A stretch of DNA of 64,000 nucleotides from Pseudobacteriovorax sp. (GCA_050293845.1 JBNKNM010000002.1:13161-77160); one strand, 5' to 3'; shown: positions 46,313-57,196, counted from the stretch's first letter. Numbers and translations are program-made. The notes: generated from the letters alone by a model not told the origin.

Positions 46313-47889
46313 ATCCAATTGATTTCAACCTATCACAGGTTGCAGCCATGGACTATAGCAAACATGTGGTACAGTTTAAGGATGTCAATGGTCCCATTGA
46401 AGATGAAGCCGATGTCGTCGTCATCGGTACCGGTGCTGGTGGTGCCGCTTGTGCTGATGCACTGGTAGCATCTGGTTTGAAAGTCATTGCTGTGGAAGCC
46501 GGTGGTTATTACCCCCTTAAGTATTTGAATCAAAATCTCTTGGACATGATGTCCTTGCTGAGTTGGCAAATGGGAAATGCTGGAAGTAAAGATGGCTCCC
46601 TCAGGATGGTCCATGGTAAGTGTGTAGGTGGTAGCACCTTGCTTCATATGCTGACTATGACTGCTATCCCGGATGATGTCTTAGGGCGCTGGCAGAAAAA
46701 ATACGGATTGACCAAATTGAATCGCCAGCGACTTACTCCCATTGAATCGCAATTGCGTAAAAAAATGAATATCAAGGAAATCCCTGCCGAACGCATTAAT
46801 GATAATGCTAAGCGATGGATAGCTGGTTGTGAAAAGCTTGGCGTTTACTGGAAAGCCAATGAGCGCAACGCCGGTAATTGTATCGAGGCAGGAAAGTGCC
46901 ACACGGGCTGTCCTTTTGGTGGTAAGCTAAGCATGGATACCGCTATTATCCCTAATGCCTTAAATCATGGCTTGAAATTATACACCGATTGTAAAGTGGA
47001 TCGCATCATCACCAGCGATGGAAAGGCTACCGGAGTTGCAGGTACTTTTAGGAACCGTACTGACGGCAAAGTCGTGGGAACTTTAACCTTGAAGGCTAAA
47101 AAGATTGTCGTCGCTGCAGGGACCATCCAAACGCCTGCCTTATTGTTGCGCTCAGATCTGCAAAATAAGTTTGGTACTATCGGAGCTAGCCTTCATGCTC
47201 AGCCAGCTATCAATATTTTAGGTGAGTTCAATGATGAAATTCACGGTTGGCGTGGTATCACAAACCCGCTTCATATCGACGAGTGGGCTCCTCTTGAAAA
47301 AGGTGGCTTTTTTTGTGAGCCAGGGTTATTGGAGCCTTCTATATATGGTGAATCCATCCCGTTTATGGGAGCAGAACATGAATCCATCATGTCTCGCTAC
47401 AAATACATGGCTGGTGGTCAGGTTTTACTAAATGACGATGGTACTGGCGGTACTATTGGTATTGACGGTGATGGTAATCCTGAAGTTCAATACGAACTTA
47501 GCGAAAACGACAAACAGCGCATGCGTGTAGCCTTAAAAAAGATGGGGGAAATCCTTTTTGCTGCTGGGGCTAAAGCCGTCTACTTATCTCACCGTATCCC
47601 CTTGCATTTAAACTCGGTAAAAGACTTGGCAAAACTGGATGATATTCCCCTGGGTCCCAATGATGCCCATCTCGAAACAGTGCATGCCCAGGGTAGCTGT
47701 AAAATGAGCTTAAATCCTAAAGATGGTGTCGTGGATGAAAAGGGTGAACTCCACAATGTCAAAGACCTATACCTCGCTGACTGTAGTATTTTCCCGGATG
47801 GAGTTGGTACCAATACGACTATACCTGGAGCGACCATGGGGATCTATGTAGCTGAGGAGGTGATCAGCTCGTTTCCTGAGTCTCATTAA
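46309..47889 (+). CDS. GMC-family FAD-dependent oxidoreductase
   Basis: ADVVVIGTGAGGAACADAL FAD fold and a C-terminal GMC-like block (HAQGSCKM...LYLADCSIFP). The ATG at 46309 is preferred over the track start at 46267. Confidence 0.82.
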   Translation: MNPIDFNLSQVAAMDYSKHVVQFKDVNGPIEDEADVVVIGTGAGGAACADALVASGLKVIAVEAGGYYPLKYLNQNLLDMMSLLSWQMGNAGSKDGSLRMVHGKCVGGSTLLHMLTMTAIPDDVLGRWQKKYGLTKLNRQRLTPIESQLRKKMNIKEIPAERINDNAKRWIAGCEKLGVYWKANERNAGNCIEAGKCHTGCPFGGKLSMDTAIIPNALNHGLKLYTDCKVDRIITSDGKATGVAGTFRNRTDGKVVGTLTLKAKKIVVAAGTIQTPALLLRSDLQNKFGTIGASLHAQPAINILGEFNDEIHGWRGITNPLHIDEWAPLEKGGFFCEPGLLEPSIYGESIPFMGAEHESIMSRYKYMAGGQVLLNDDGTGGTIGIDGDGNPEVQYELSENDKQRMRVALKKMGEILFAAGAKAVYLSHRIPLHLNSVKDLAKLDDIPLGPNDAHLETVHAQGSCKMSLNPKDGVVDEKGELHNVKDLYLADCSIFPDGVGTNTTIPGATMGIYVAEEVISSFPESH

Positions 47890-47957
47890 GATATACCCGC
47901 TTAATGATCTCCCGAACTCATGAAGTTCTAGATGGTACAAAACTTTGCTGCGAATCT

Positions 47958-47986
47958 AAGACTGCTCTTGATAGAGCAGTCTTTTT
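47958..47986. terminator. Bidirectional intrinsic terminator between the GMC oxidoreductase gene and pyc
   Basis: AAGACTGCTCT-tgat-AGAGCAGTCTT (11-bp perfect stem) followed by TTT on the plus strand. On the minus strand the A-start of the stem gives a U-rich 3' side. Confidence 0.7.
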
Positions 47987-47994
47987 CACATTGG

Positions 47995-50900
47995 CTATTG
48001 AATTTCTGCTAGAAGATCCCCTTCTTCAACCTGATCTCCTTGCTGTACCAATAACCGACTGATTTCCCCGGATTCGCGAGCTGTAATCACATATTCCATT
48101 TTCATAGCCTCCATTACAATAACAGCTTCTCCCTTAGCAACCTTATCGGTTGAGCTTTTTTTGATATCTAAGATTTTACCCGGCATCGGTGCTGCAATAT
48201 GGAGGGAATTATGGGGATCGCACTTCTCGCGTTTTTTACTCTCTGTTGCAACGGAGCTGTCTTCCACTTCCAAAGCACGTGGGAAGCCATTCAATTGAAA
48301 AAATAACCGTCTGATACCATGATTATCTGGGGGAGCCATTCCCGAAAGGCTTATATATAGAGTCTTTCCAGGTTCAATTTCTATGGCAATTTCTTTGTTT
48401 GGCTCGATACCATAGAAAAAAATGTCTGTAGGAACACGTTCTATAGAGCCATATTCTTGAAGGTGGTTAACATAATTCAACCATACCTTGGGGTACAGAC
48501 GGTAGGAAATGGCATCACGATCGGAGATGGTATGGCCCAATTTTTTTTCCAGGATTTCCTTGACTTCCGCCAGGCTATCTTCAGCTTTAGTAACAGCATT
48601 ATCTGTATTTTGATAAGATGCTAATACTAGGGATCTGATCTCTTCGTTAAAACCACCATAGGGTACACCCATTTCCCCTTTGAAAAAGCTGGTAACCGAG
48701 TCGGGGTAGTCTAGTCTTGGCTTAGTTTTCAGATACTCGCCACCTGTTAGTCCATTTTTTTGCAGCAGCAAAGCCATATCCCCTACAACCTTAGAAGATG
48801 GCGTGACTTTTATGATATCACCAAAAATTTCATTTACTTCACGGTAGCGTTTGGTAAGCTCATAGAATTCCCCTTCGGAAACTCCGACTTTACGCGCTTG
48901 ATCGTAAAGATTGGAGTACTGACCACCAGGGATCTCATGACGGTAGACGTCTGTTGATGTGGCTTTCAGTCCGGGATCGAAACAGATATATTTTTTTCTA
49001 ATATTAGCCCAATAGCGACTAACTTCATCAAGCTTTTCCAAAGGTACATCGGGACTCCGCTCTTGTCCTTCCAGAGAAGCGATAACGGCGTTCAAACTGG
49101 GCTGAGAGGTGAGGCCAGACATGGAGCTCACCGCTCCATCAACGATGTCGCATCCCACCTCACTAGCGGCAAGAAGTGTCGCCTCCGAAGACCCTGATGT
49201 AGCATGGGTATGTAAGTGAATAGGTATGGCAATGTGCTGTTTAAGTTCTTTAATTAGCTTTTTTGCTGCTTGGGGTCGGAGAAGTCCAGCCATATCCTTG
49301 ATGCATAAAATATCGCTGCCCATGGATTCTAGTTGTTTAGCGAGCTTGATGTAGTATTGAAGATCGTATTTACTTTTTTGAGGATCGAGAATATTGCCAG
49401 TGTAACAAACACAGGCTTCAGCAATTTTGCCGTGTTTTTTAACCTCTTCGATGGCTAAAGCCATCTGGCTGGGATTATTAAGACAGTCGAATATGCGAAA
49501 GAGATCCAGACCTGTCTCACAGGTGAGGCGTATAAACTCCTGGATGACCCACTTGGGATAATTGGTGTATCCGACTGCATTGTTACCACGAAGCAACATC
49601 TGCAGTAAAGTATTAGGAATTTCTTCCCGAATCCTTGCTAATCTCTCCCAAGGATCTTCTTTGAGGAAGCGCAGGCAGGTATCGAAGGTGGCACCGCCCC
49701 ACATTTCCAAGGAAAAAAATTGATCTAAATGGTTGCGGTAATAGCTGGTGGACTGAAAAATATCATAGTTTCTTAACCTAGTTGCAAAAAGGGATTGATG
49801 GGCATCCCTCATGGTGGTGTCTGTTAGTAAAAGCTGCCTTTGGTTTAAGATCCACTGCTTAAGTCCTTCAACACCGCTTGCTTCGAAAACTTTTTTGGCG
49901 GAATGATTGGTAGGCGCTGTCGGGGGCTGCTGAGGAAGGTCATATCCAATATTATCCCGTTTAATGTTCTTATCGCTGAGATTATGAGGATTGTTCACAG
50001 TTACGTTGGCAATGTATTTTAACAGCCGGGTTGCCCGGTCCTGGGGTTGGGGAAATTTAAACAGCTCGGGTTCCGAAGCTAAAAAACTAGTATCAATGTC
50101 GGCTTCAAGAAATTTTTTATGGGACAGAATGTTGATCAGTAATGGAATATTATGCTTAACACCACGGATGCGAAACTCTTTGAGTGCGCGGGCCATTTTT
50201 CGAGAGGCACCATACAAGTCGAGACTATGGGCGGTAACCTTTACAAGAAGGGAATCGTAGTATGGTGTGACCAGGCCTCCTGAAGTTCCCAGACCTTCAT
50301 CGAGCCGGATGCCAAACCCTTGTGCCGGTCGGTAGGCAAGTATGACCCCGGTATCGGGAGCAAAATCCTGCTGCGGATTTTCCGTTGTAATCCGACACTG
50401 GATGGCAACACCTCGTGGTTTTACATCGGACTGGCTATGGACGCCGATGGAAGGGTGACTCATCTCACGTCCGGCAGCAAGCATAATAGACATATGAACA
50501 AGGTCAAGACCGGTGATAACCTCGGTCACGGTATGCTCGACTTGTATGCGGGGATTGACTTCAAGAAAGTATGCTTCCCCTTCGCTGTCCACAAGGTATT
50601 CCACAGTACCGATGCCGACATACGAGGTGCTTTTTGCAATCTTGAGGGAGTAGGCAAGTATATTGTTCCGGGTTTCTTCAGAAATTCCCAGGGCCGGAGC
50701 AATTTCAACAACTTTTTGATGGCGTCGCTGAATGGAACAGTCTCGTTCGTAAAGGTGGATGACGTGTCCGGTACAGTCACCGGCTATTTGCACTTCAATA
50801 TGACGTGGTTTGGGGATGTTCTTTTCCAAGTATACATCAGCTTTTCCAAAGGAGCTTTTGGCTTCGGATCGCGCACGACTAAAAGCAGCGACCAGCTCCT

Positions 50901-51450
50901 CTTCATCTTGAACGACACGAATACCCTTGCCACCACCACCCGAAAGGGCTTTGAGAGTAACAGGATAGCCAATCTTTTGCGCCAGCAATTTCGCATCTTC
51001 TAGGGTATCACAGGGTTTATCATCACCAGGGATAATGGGTATTCCGGCATCTTGTGCTACTTTTTTAGCCTTGAGCTTATCGCCAAATAGATCCAGTAGG
51101 CGAGAATTGGGTCCACAAAACAGAATTCCCTCCTGCTCGCATGCTGCAGCAAATGCGGCATTTTCTGACAAAAAGCCGTATCCTGGGTGAATGGCATCTA
51201 CCTTCTTCTCTTTGGCGATGGCGATGATGTTTTGCCAATGAAGGTAAGCGCCTAAGGGATCTCCTTTTTGGCCTACTAAGTAGGCCTCATCAGCTTTAAA
51301 GCGGTGGACAGAAAAACGATCTTCATGGCTGTAAATACCAACAGTCCGCATGTTTAGCTCTGTTGCCGCGCGGAAGATTCTTATGGCTATTTCTCCACGA
51401 TTAGCAACCAAAATCCGTTTGTTGGCTATAACTCTTGATATTATTTCCAT
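47995..51450 (-). CDS. pyc: Pyruvate carboxylase (single-chain)
   Basis: 1151 aa with a biotin carboxylase N-terminus (ILVANRGEIAIRIFRA), a carboxyltransferase TIM barrel (LLLTDTTMRDAHQSL), and the C-terminal biotinyl motif EAMKME. Confidence 0.95.
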   Translation of the reverse strand: MEIISRVIANKRILVANRGEIAIRIFRAATELNMRTVGIYSHEDRFSVHRFKADEAYLVGQKGDPLGAYLHWQNIIAIAKEKKVDAIHPGYGFLSENAAFAAACEQEGILFCGPNSRLLDLFGDKLKAKKVAQDAGIPIIPGDDKPCDTLEDAKLLAQKIGYPVTLKALSGGGGKGIRVVQDEEELVAAFSRARSEAKSSFGKADVYLEKNIPKPRHIEVQIAGDCTGHVIHLYERDCSIQRRHQKVVEIAPALGISEETRNNILAYSLKIAKSTSYVGIGTVEYLVDSEGEAYFLEVNPRIQVEHTVTEVITGLDLVHMSIMLAAGREMSHPSIGVHSQSDVKPRGVAIQCRITTENPQQDFAPDTGVILAYRPAQGFGIRLDEGLGTSGGLVTPYYDSLLVKVTAHSLDLYGASRKMARALKEFRIRGVKHNIPLLINILSHKKFLEADIDTSFLASEPELFKFPQPQDRATRLLKYIANVTVNNPHNLSDKNIKRDNIGYDLPQQPPTAPTNHSAKKVFEASGVEGLKQWILNQRQLLLTDTTMRDAHQSLFATRLRNYDIFQSTSYYRNHLDQFFSLEMWGGATFDTCLRFLKEDPWERLARIREEIPNTLLQMLLRGNNAVGYTNYPKWVIQEFIRLTCETGLDLFRIFDCLNNPSQMALAIEEVKKHGKIAEACVCYTGNILDPQKSKYDLQYYIKLAKQLESMGSDILCIKDMAGLLRPQAAKKLIKELKQHIAIPIHLHTHATSGSSEATLLAASEVGCDIVDGAVSSMSGLTSQPSLNAVIASLEGQERSPDVPLEKLDEVSRYWANIRKKYICFDPGLKATSTDVYRHEIPGGQYSNLYDQARKVGVSEGEFYELTKRYREVNEIFGDIIKVTPSSKVVGDMALLLQKNGLTGGEYLKTKPRLDYPDSVTSFFKGEMGVPYGGFNEEIRSLVLASYQNTDNAVTKAEDSLAEVKEILEKKLGHTISDRDAISYRLYPKVWLNYVNHLQEYGSIERVPTDIFFYGIEPNKEIAIEIEPGKTLYISLSGMAPPDNHGIRRLFFQLNGFPRALEVEDSSVATESKKREKCDPHNSLHIAAPMPGKILDIKKSSTDKVAKGEAVIVMEAMKMEYVITARESGEISRLLVQQGDQVEEGDLLAEIQ

Positions 51451-51638
51451 TTTACCCCCTTAGACCGCTCTAGGTCGGATCCGAGACAATTCAGTATAGT
51501 TCCGCTTTAGTTCTCAGTATTTTCGCTGGGAAAATATTGGGAAGACATGCACCCTTTATGATGTAAGCTTTCTTTTATAGGAAAACTGAGCTTGTCTCAA
51601 GAGACAGCGTAAAAAATTCACCGGTACAGAAGAATATT

Positions 51639-54600
51639 TTGGGAAGATTGATGATGCATTTCAAGGAAGCTGTAAGGGAAGTGTTTCGGTACTTTAGCGC
51701 TAAGGAAACTAAATTATTTGAAAACGGAAATGTAGTCAATTTACTTGGTACCCATAGTGCCTATAGGGAAGCTTTTCTCATAAAGCTTGGAGAGCTTCTT
51801 ATAAGTCAGCAGACGGTGGGTACGGAAAAGGTCGTTGTTGTATTACAACATGAAAAGCAAATAAACGATTGGGTTGCCGTGTTATCCCATAACCTTAGTA
51901 ATGAATTGCAGACTGCCGTTCTTCCGCACACCAAATACTGGGGAAGTTATCGCTTTGCAAATCAGGTGAGGGAGGAGAACGAGCGGCTGCGTTGCCTAGG
52001 TCAAATCGCACACCATGAAGGACCTTTAGTCATATTTACAAGCTTAGCGGGACTTCTGCAAACTACTTGCGATTTACCAACCCTGCGGTCACAAAGCCTG
52101 CAGTTGACGGTCGGAGCCACGTGGGATTTGGATGAATTTGTCGAAGCATTATTGCAGCGCGGTTACCAAAGAACGGATTTAGTAAGCGAACCAGGCTACT
52201 TTGCCATTCGCGGTGGTATTATCGATGTCTTCTCCTGTTATGATGAACGGCCGACACGCATAGAGTTTTTAGGGGATGAGATTAGTAGTATCAGGTGGTT
52301 CAATTCTATAGAACAAAGGTCTCAGGAAAAATGCGATAGGGTCACTATTATCCTGGCTCAAGAATCCCTTTATGAACAGCAGGCCAGTAAAGAAAGGGCT
52401 CAAATGCTCTATGACTATATTCTTCAGCAAACTCGAGAGATCGATAAAATAGAGCAAAAAGGCTTTATTGATAGTCTTTTAAAAGGCTACAAAATACCGA
52501 GTTTAGGTTTATTTTTGCCCCTATTTAGAAAACTGAATAGTTCTGCCCTAGATATGCTTAAAGGTAGCCTATTTTACTTCCCTGGTTCCTTAGATAGTGC
52601 TGTTGAGTTATATCGTAGTTTTGATGAAGCGCAGGAGAAAGATTTTCAACATGATTCTGATGCTGGTAAATTAAGTATTCCACCCCAGTACCACTTCATG
52701 CCCTTTACTGAAGACAAAATGCGGTCATCAGTGGTTGTCCAATATGGTGACCCTATGCGTAAAGGAGTGGCTGTTGGATTGGAGAATATTTCTCATACTC
52801 CTTTGAAATTACCAGATTTAAGTAAAATCATAAAGGCCCAACCTCGTTTAAAAACTGTTATTCTGGCCCCTCTGCAGTCCCAGTTAAACAAGGTAGAAAA
52901 AATCTTAAATGGATATGATATATCCTGTCGCTATGTAACATCATCGCTTTTTTATAAGGATGGTTATAAAAATCTCAAAGAAAGGGAGATAGCCTTGACA
53001 CAAGGCACTCTAGCCCGAGATTTACTGATAAAACATCAGCAGCTTCTATTTATACCTGCTCACCTCTTATTTGGTGAGCCAAGAAAAAAGATATCGCAAA
53101 AAAAATCTTCTCAACTCAAAGCCATTCTGGATTCTTTTAAGGATCTCAGTCCTGGATCTTTGATCGTTCACATAGAACACGGTATCGGAAGATTCATGGG
53201 AATGAATTCGATGTCTGTAGGTGGTATTACATCTGAGTTTTTAGAGATTGAATATGGAGCCGGGGATAAAATTTACTTACCTATCGATAAACTATCCTTG
53301 GTACAAAAATATTCTAGTGGACTAGATAAAGAACCGAAGCTAGATCGTCTCAAAAGTCAAGGCTGGCTAAAGCGCAAGTCAAAAGCTAAATCTTCTATAA
53401 AGCAGCTAGCTATTAATCTTCTGGAGATTCATGCTAAAAGAAAGTTGGCGCAAAGGCACTCTTATTCCGCAGCCAATGAACTTTACTACCAATTTGAAGC
53501 CGATTTTCCGTATGAAGAAACTGTGGATCAGGAAACCTGTATTTCTGATGTTCAAAAAGATTTATCGTCCCCCCATCCTATGGACCGTCTCATCTGTGGT
53601 GACGTTGGATTTGGTAAGACTGAAATTGCACTGCGCGCTGCTATGCGGGTAGTCATGGACGGCTTACAGGTTATACTGATGGCACCAACTACGGTGCTAA
53701 GTTTTCAGCACTTTCAAACCTTTAAAAAAAGATTTGATAATTATGCGGTGAAAACCGGGCTTTTAAATCGTTTCGTTAGTTCCAAAAGTATCCGAGCAAC
53801 TCTAGAAAATTTTGCTAATGGAAAGATTGATATTCTGATAGGCACCCATAGGGTGCTTAGTCGTGATGTGAACCCTAAAAAATTGGGATTAGTTATCATC
53901 GATGAAGAACAAAGATTTGGTGTTGGTCATAAGGAAACATTAAAAACCCTTAGAGCAAAGGTTGATATACTTTCTCTATCTGCTACACCCATTCCCCGGT
54001 CGCTGCATATGGCGATGTTAGGACTTAAAGATATTTCTGTGCTTATGACTCCGCCGCGCGCTCGATTGCCTATAAAAACTTTTATTTCACCATGGAACGA
54101 AACCATTATTAAAAAATCAATTGAATTTGAAGTCAAGCGGGGAGGGCAGGTGTTTTTTGTACATAACCGCGTAGATAATATTTTAGAAATTGCCGCTGCT
54201 CTTAGCAATTTGCTACCAGATGTATCCTTTCAGGTTGCTCATGGTCAAATGGCTGAAAGAGAGCTTGAAAAAGTAATTCTGGCTTTTTTGGATCATAATT
54301 TTTCGGTATTGATCTGCACCACTATTATTGAATCTGGAATTGATATGCCTAATGTTAATACCATCTTAATTAACCAGGCTGAACGATTTGGATTGGCCCA
54401 ACTCTATCAGATGCGGGGCCGAGTAGGACGCTCCAGCAGGCAGTCCTTTGCCTACTTTTTAACGACGGGTAGTGTCGTCCGCAATGTAACGGCTCAGCAG
54501 CGCTTAGAGGTCTTGGCAGCCCACCAGGATTTGGGGGCAGGATTCCAGGTGGCGAGTTACGATTTAGAGTTAAGGGGTGCTGGTGACCTGCTGGGGGCTG

Positions 54601-55166
54601 ATCAATCGGGACGGGTTAACGATATCGGTATCGATCTTTATATGGAGCTATTGGAGCAGGAAATCTTGAAGCTTCAAGGCAAAATGGATGAAGAGGATCT
54701 TCCTGAACCAGAGATTTGTATTAATGTGAGTGCCTATTTACCTAAGTCGTATATTAACAAGGAGTCGCAGAGGCTTTCATTCTATAAGAGACTATTTTCA
54801 GCCAAAGATGAAGACGAAGTGGAAGCATTGGCAGCTGAGTTGGAGGACCGCTTTGGGAGTATGCCAATGGAAGCTCGAACGATTATTACTGTGGCATTGA
54901 CGAAAGTAATACTCAAAGCAATCCGTTGCTATACCTTGCTGCAAAAATCAGGAGGATTTTTTGAACTAAAGTTTAGTTCCTTAAAACCTCAAGAAATTGC
55001 CCGCTTGTTAGAACTTCCCGAGGAGTATCCAAATCGCTTCTTTCTCAATGCTGACTACAGTATGATGATTGCTGTACCAGAGGAACAATGTCAAAATGAT
55101 TTAGATCGTCTGGAAAAATTGACCGTATACCTGAGAAAAATAAAAGGAACTCCCACAAATGCTTAA
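51639..55166 (+). CDS. mfd: Transcription-repair coupling factor
   Basis: CarD/TRCF RNAP-interacting domain, SF2 helicase motifs GDVGFGKTE, DEEQRFG, SATPIPR and QLYQMRGRVGRS, plus the C-terminal TRG/D7 region. The start could be the TTG at 51639 or the ATG at 51651/51654. Confidence 0.93.
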   Translation: MGRLMMHFKEAVREVFRYFSAKETKLFENGNVVNLLGTHSAYREAFLIKLGELLISQQTVGTEKVVVVLQHEKQINDWVAVLSHNLSNELQTAVLPHTKYWGSYRFANQVREENERLRCLGQIAHHEGPLVIFTSLAGLLQTTCDLPTLRSQSLQLTVGATWDLDEFVEALLQRGYQRTDLVSEPGYFAIRGGIIDVFSCYDERPTRIEFLGDEISSIRWFNSIEQRSQEKCDRVTIILAQESLYEQQASKERAQMLYDYILQQTREIDKIEQKGFIDSLLKGYKIPSLGLFLPLFRKLNSSALDMLKGSLFYFPGSLDSAVELYRSFDEAQEKDFQHDSDAGKLSIPPQYHFMPFTEDKMRSSVVVQYGDPMRKGVAVGLENISHTPLKLPDLSKIIKAQPRLKTVILAPLQSQLNKVEKILNGYDISCRYVTSSLFYKDGYKNLKEREIALTQGTLARDLLIKHQQLLFIPAHLLFGEPRKKISQKKSSQLKAILDSFKDLSPGSLIVHIEHGIGRFMGMNSMSVGGITSEFLEIEYGAGDKIYLPIDKLSLVQKYSSGLDKEPKLDRLKSQGWLKRKSKAKSSIKQLAINLLEIHAKRKLAQRHSYSAANELYYQFEADFPYEETVDQETCISDVQKDLSSPHPMDRLICGDVGFGKTEIALRAAMRVVMDGLQVILMAPTTVLSFQHFQTFKKRFDNYAVKTGLLNRFVSSKSIRATLENFANGKIDILIGTHRVLSRDVNPKKLGLVIIDEEQRFGVGHKETLKTLRAKVDILSLSATPIPRSLHMAMLGLKDISVLMTPPRARLPIKTFISPWNETIIKKSIEFEVKRGGQVFFVHNRVDNILEIAAALSNLLPDVSFQVAHGQMAERELEKVILAFLDHNFSVLICTTIIESGIDMPNVNTILINQAERFGLAQLYQMRGRVGRSSRQSFAYFLTTGSVVRNVTAQQRLEVLAAHQDLGAGFQVASYDLELRGAGDLLGADQSGRVNDIGIDLYMELLEQEILKLQGKMDEEDLPEPEICINVSAYLPKSYINKESQRLSFYKRLFSAKDEDEVEALAAELEDRFGSMPMEARTIITVALTKVILKAIRCYTLLQKSGGFFELKFSSLKPQEIARLLELPEEYPNRFFLNADYSMMIAVPEEQCQNDLDRLEKLTVYLRKIKGTPTNA

Positions 55167-56157
55167 AAATTACCTGCTGGCTTCCATTGCAATTATATTT
55201 TTTGGCTTTGGAGCTTATATTTGGAAAATAGTCAACACGGGAGTTTATCTTTCGGATGAACTGGAGACCGAGTACTCTCCTGATATAGCAACATCGGCAG
55301 AGCTAGTGATTGTGGGTGATCAGGCCATTACAAGAGATGATATCGAATGGGAATATAAGCTATTGACTCACGGTTTAATCAATGATGAGGAACTCACTTC
55401 GATTCCCGAAATTATCGATGTGGAAACACAGCTGAATTCTCTAAAAGAAAAGCTGATCGCCTATCTTATTGAACGTAAACTGCTTTATAAATTTATCCAA
55501 CAGGATCAAGACTTCACGATCAACGATGTATCTCGTTATACAGTTTGTTTACAAGAATGGCAAAAAACGATCGCTGCAGGAAGTGAGCTGTTTCCAACCA
55601 AGCAAGACAAAGAGCGACTAAAAAATCGACTGTGCGAGCGTCAAATTATTCTGCAGTATCTGCAGGAGAAGATTTTTGCGAAGATAAAAATCTCCCCTGA
55701 GAAAATTGAGGCTTACTATCGAGAGAACCAGGCGCAGTTCGTATCGCCTCCAAAGGCTTTAATACGTCAAATAGTCCTAGCTTCTGAGTCCGAGGCTAAG
55801 CGCACCCGGCACCGGATCAATAGGCATAACTTCGAAGACTTGGCGCGGGAGGTGTCCATTTCGCCAGAGGCTGCCGATGGGGGTTTGATCGGCCCCTTTG
55901 CGAAAGGTGAAATGCCGCGTGTATTCGACGTGGCTTTCAGCATGTACCGAGGTGAAATCCGAGGCATTTTAAAGTCTACCTATGGCTTTCATATAATAAA
56001 GCTTGAAAAAAAATTCCCGAAGTCCAAACTGAGCCTAAATGAAGCTAAGGACAAGATCGTAGCTATATTGAAGAAGAACAAGCAGGAAGAGGAATATCAA
56101 AAATGGGTCGAATTGGCGCTAAGTGCAGTGCAGGTAAAATCACCAAAATCTATGTAG
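55159..56157 (+). CDS. Membrane-anchored parvulin-type peptidyl-prolyl isomerase (PpiC/PrsA/PpiD-like)
   Basis: N-terminal TM segment and a C-terminal parvulin domain (IRQIVLASESEAK...GGLIGPFAKGEMPRVFDVAF...GILKSTYGFHIIKLE). Confidence 0.8.
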   Translation: MLKNYLLASIAIIFFGFGAYIWKIVNTGVYLSDELETEYSPDIATSAELVIVGDQAITRDDIEWEYKLLTHGLINDEELTSIPEIIDVETQLNSLKEKLIAYLIERKLLYKFIQQDQDFTINDVSRYTVCLQEWQKTIAAGSELFPTKQDKERLKNRLCERQIILQYLQEKIFAKIKISPEKIEAYYRENQAQFVSPPKALIRQIVLASESEAKRTRHRINRHNFEDLAREVSISPEAADGGLIGPFAKGEMPRVFDVAFSMYRGEIRGILKSTYGFHIIKLEKKFPKSKLSLNEAKDKIVAILKKNKQEEEYQKWVELALSAVQVKSPKSM

Positions 56158-57086
56158 CTTTCCAGCTAGTGTGTGGTTATGCGTGGGGCGCTGAACAGCT
56201 TGTGGATAGGCTGGTGGCTGAGGTCAATGGGGACCCCATTACCTACAGTGAAGTTCAGCAAAAGGTTAACAAGAAGGTGTTGGTGGAGGTGTCTGCTTAT
56301 CCCGCTACAGAACAAGATTCTGCCTTTGAAGTGGCTCTTCAAGACAGTATCAACCTGAAGCTGATTTTACAAAGAGCTGAGGAACTGGAAATAGCGATCG
56401 AAGATGAGCAGCTTGAAGGCGAAATTGAGAAGTTCATTAGCCGTCGTGGTCTCACGAAAGACTCTCTACTGACAGCTTTAAAGCAGGAAGGAATGAGCTA
56501 CGATGACTATCGCCGGGATTGGCGTAAGCAGATGATCATCAGCCAATTTCAAGGGCGTGAAATTATGCCTTCTGTAAAAATAACCGATAAAGATGTTGAG
56601 ATCTTTTATTTGCAGGAAACAGGTGCCACTGGGGAAAATCTCAAGCTTACCTTGAGACAACTCTTTATCGCTGTTCCGAAGAGCCCAGAGTCTGTCAAGA
56701 AAGGCAAGGAGGCTATTGTTCAGCGCGCCTATAAAGAGCTTAAAGATGGGCTGGATTTTGAAAAAGCGGTAAAAATATACTCAGACAATGAATCAAATCG
56801 TGATAAGGGGGGGATGATGCCTCCTGTGCTACTGAAAGATCTTTCGGCAACGATTCGCAAAGAAGTTAAAGGCTTGTCTGAAAAACAATTTACCAAACCT
56901 CTCAAAATTGGAGGCGGGTACTATGTATTTTATCTGGACAAGAAAGAATTTAGTGGTAATGAGGAGTTTCGTAAGCTAAAGCCGCAGCTAGAACAACGAC
57001 TGCGTCAGGCTCAGATTGTCGATCAGACTACCAAATGGATCGATAGTGAGCGGCGTCGCTCGGAAATTCGCGTGATTCCTAAATGA
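56103..57086 (+). CDS. SurA-like periplasmic chaperone / parvulin PPIase
   Basis: SurA_N-like VDRLVAEVNGDPITYSEVQQ and a later parvulin-like block (LRQLFIAVPK...FEKAVKIYSDN...GGMM...GGGYYVFYL). The start is uncertain because the track ORF overlaps the upstream gene by 55 nt. Confidence 0.72.
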   Translation: MGRIGAKCSAGKITKIYVAFQLVCGYAWGAEQLVDRLVAEVNGDPITYSEVQQKVNKKVLVEVSAYPATEQDSAFEVALQDSINLKLILQRAEELEIAIEDEQLEGEIEKFISRRGLTKDSLLTALKQEGMSYDDYRRDWRKQMIISQFQGREIMPSVKITDKDVEIFYLQETGATGENLKLTLRQLFIAVPKSPESVKKGKEAIVQRAYKELKDGLDFEKAVKIYSDNESNRDKGGMMPPVLLKDLSATIRKEVKGLSEKQFTKPLKIGGGYYVFYLDKKEFSGNEEFRKLKPQLEQRLRQAQIVDQTTKWIDSERRRSEIRVIPK

Positions 57087-57196
57087 ATTTTAAGAGTATC
57101 ATAAACTAGGTGGTATCGTTGTTTAGAGCAGCGATAGTTAGCCGAGATCCATAAATCGTGCGGCCGATAAGGTCGCTGATTTCCTCGCCGATCACT

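Noticed and set aside
50320-51003. A 227-aa plus-strand ORF, plus other 65-89-aa ORFs, inside the pyruvate carboxylase gene
   Set aside because: They lie entirely antisense to a strongly supported 1151-aa gene. They have no SD and an odd composition. They are typical shadow ORFs.
51593-51606. 6-2-6 palindrome TGTCTC-aa-GAGACA upstream of mfd
   Set aside because: Perfect 6-bp inverted repeats are expected about 15 times per spacer length in 64 kb by chance, so this is not significant on its own.
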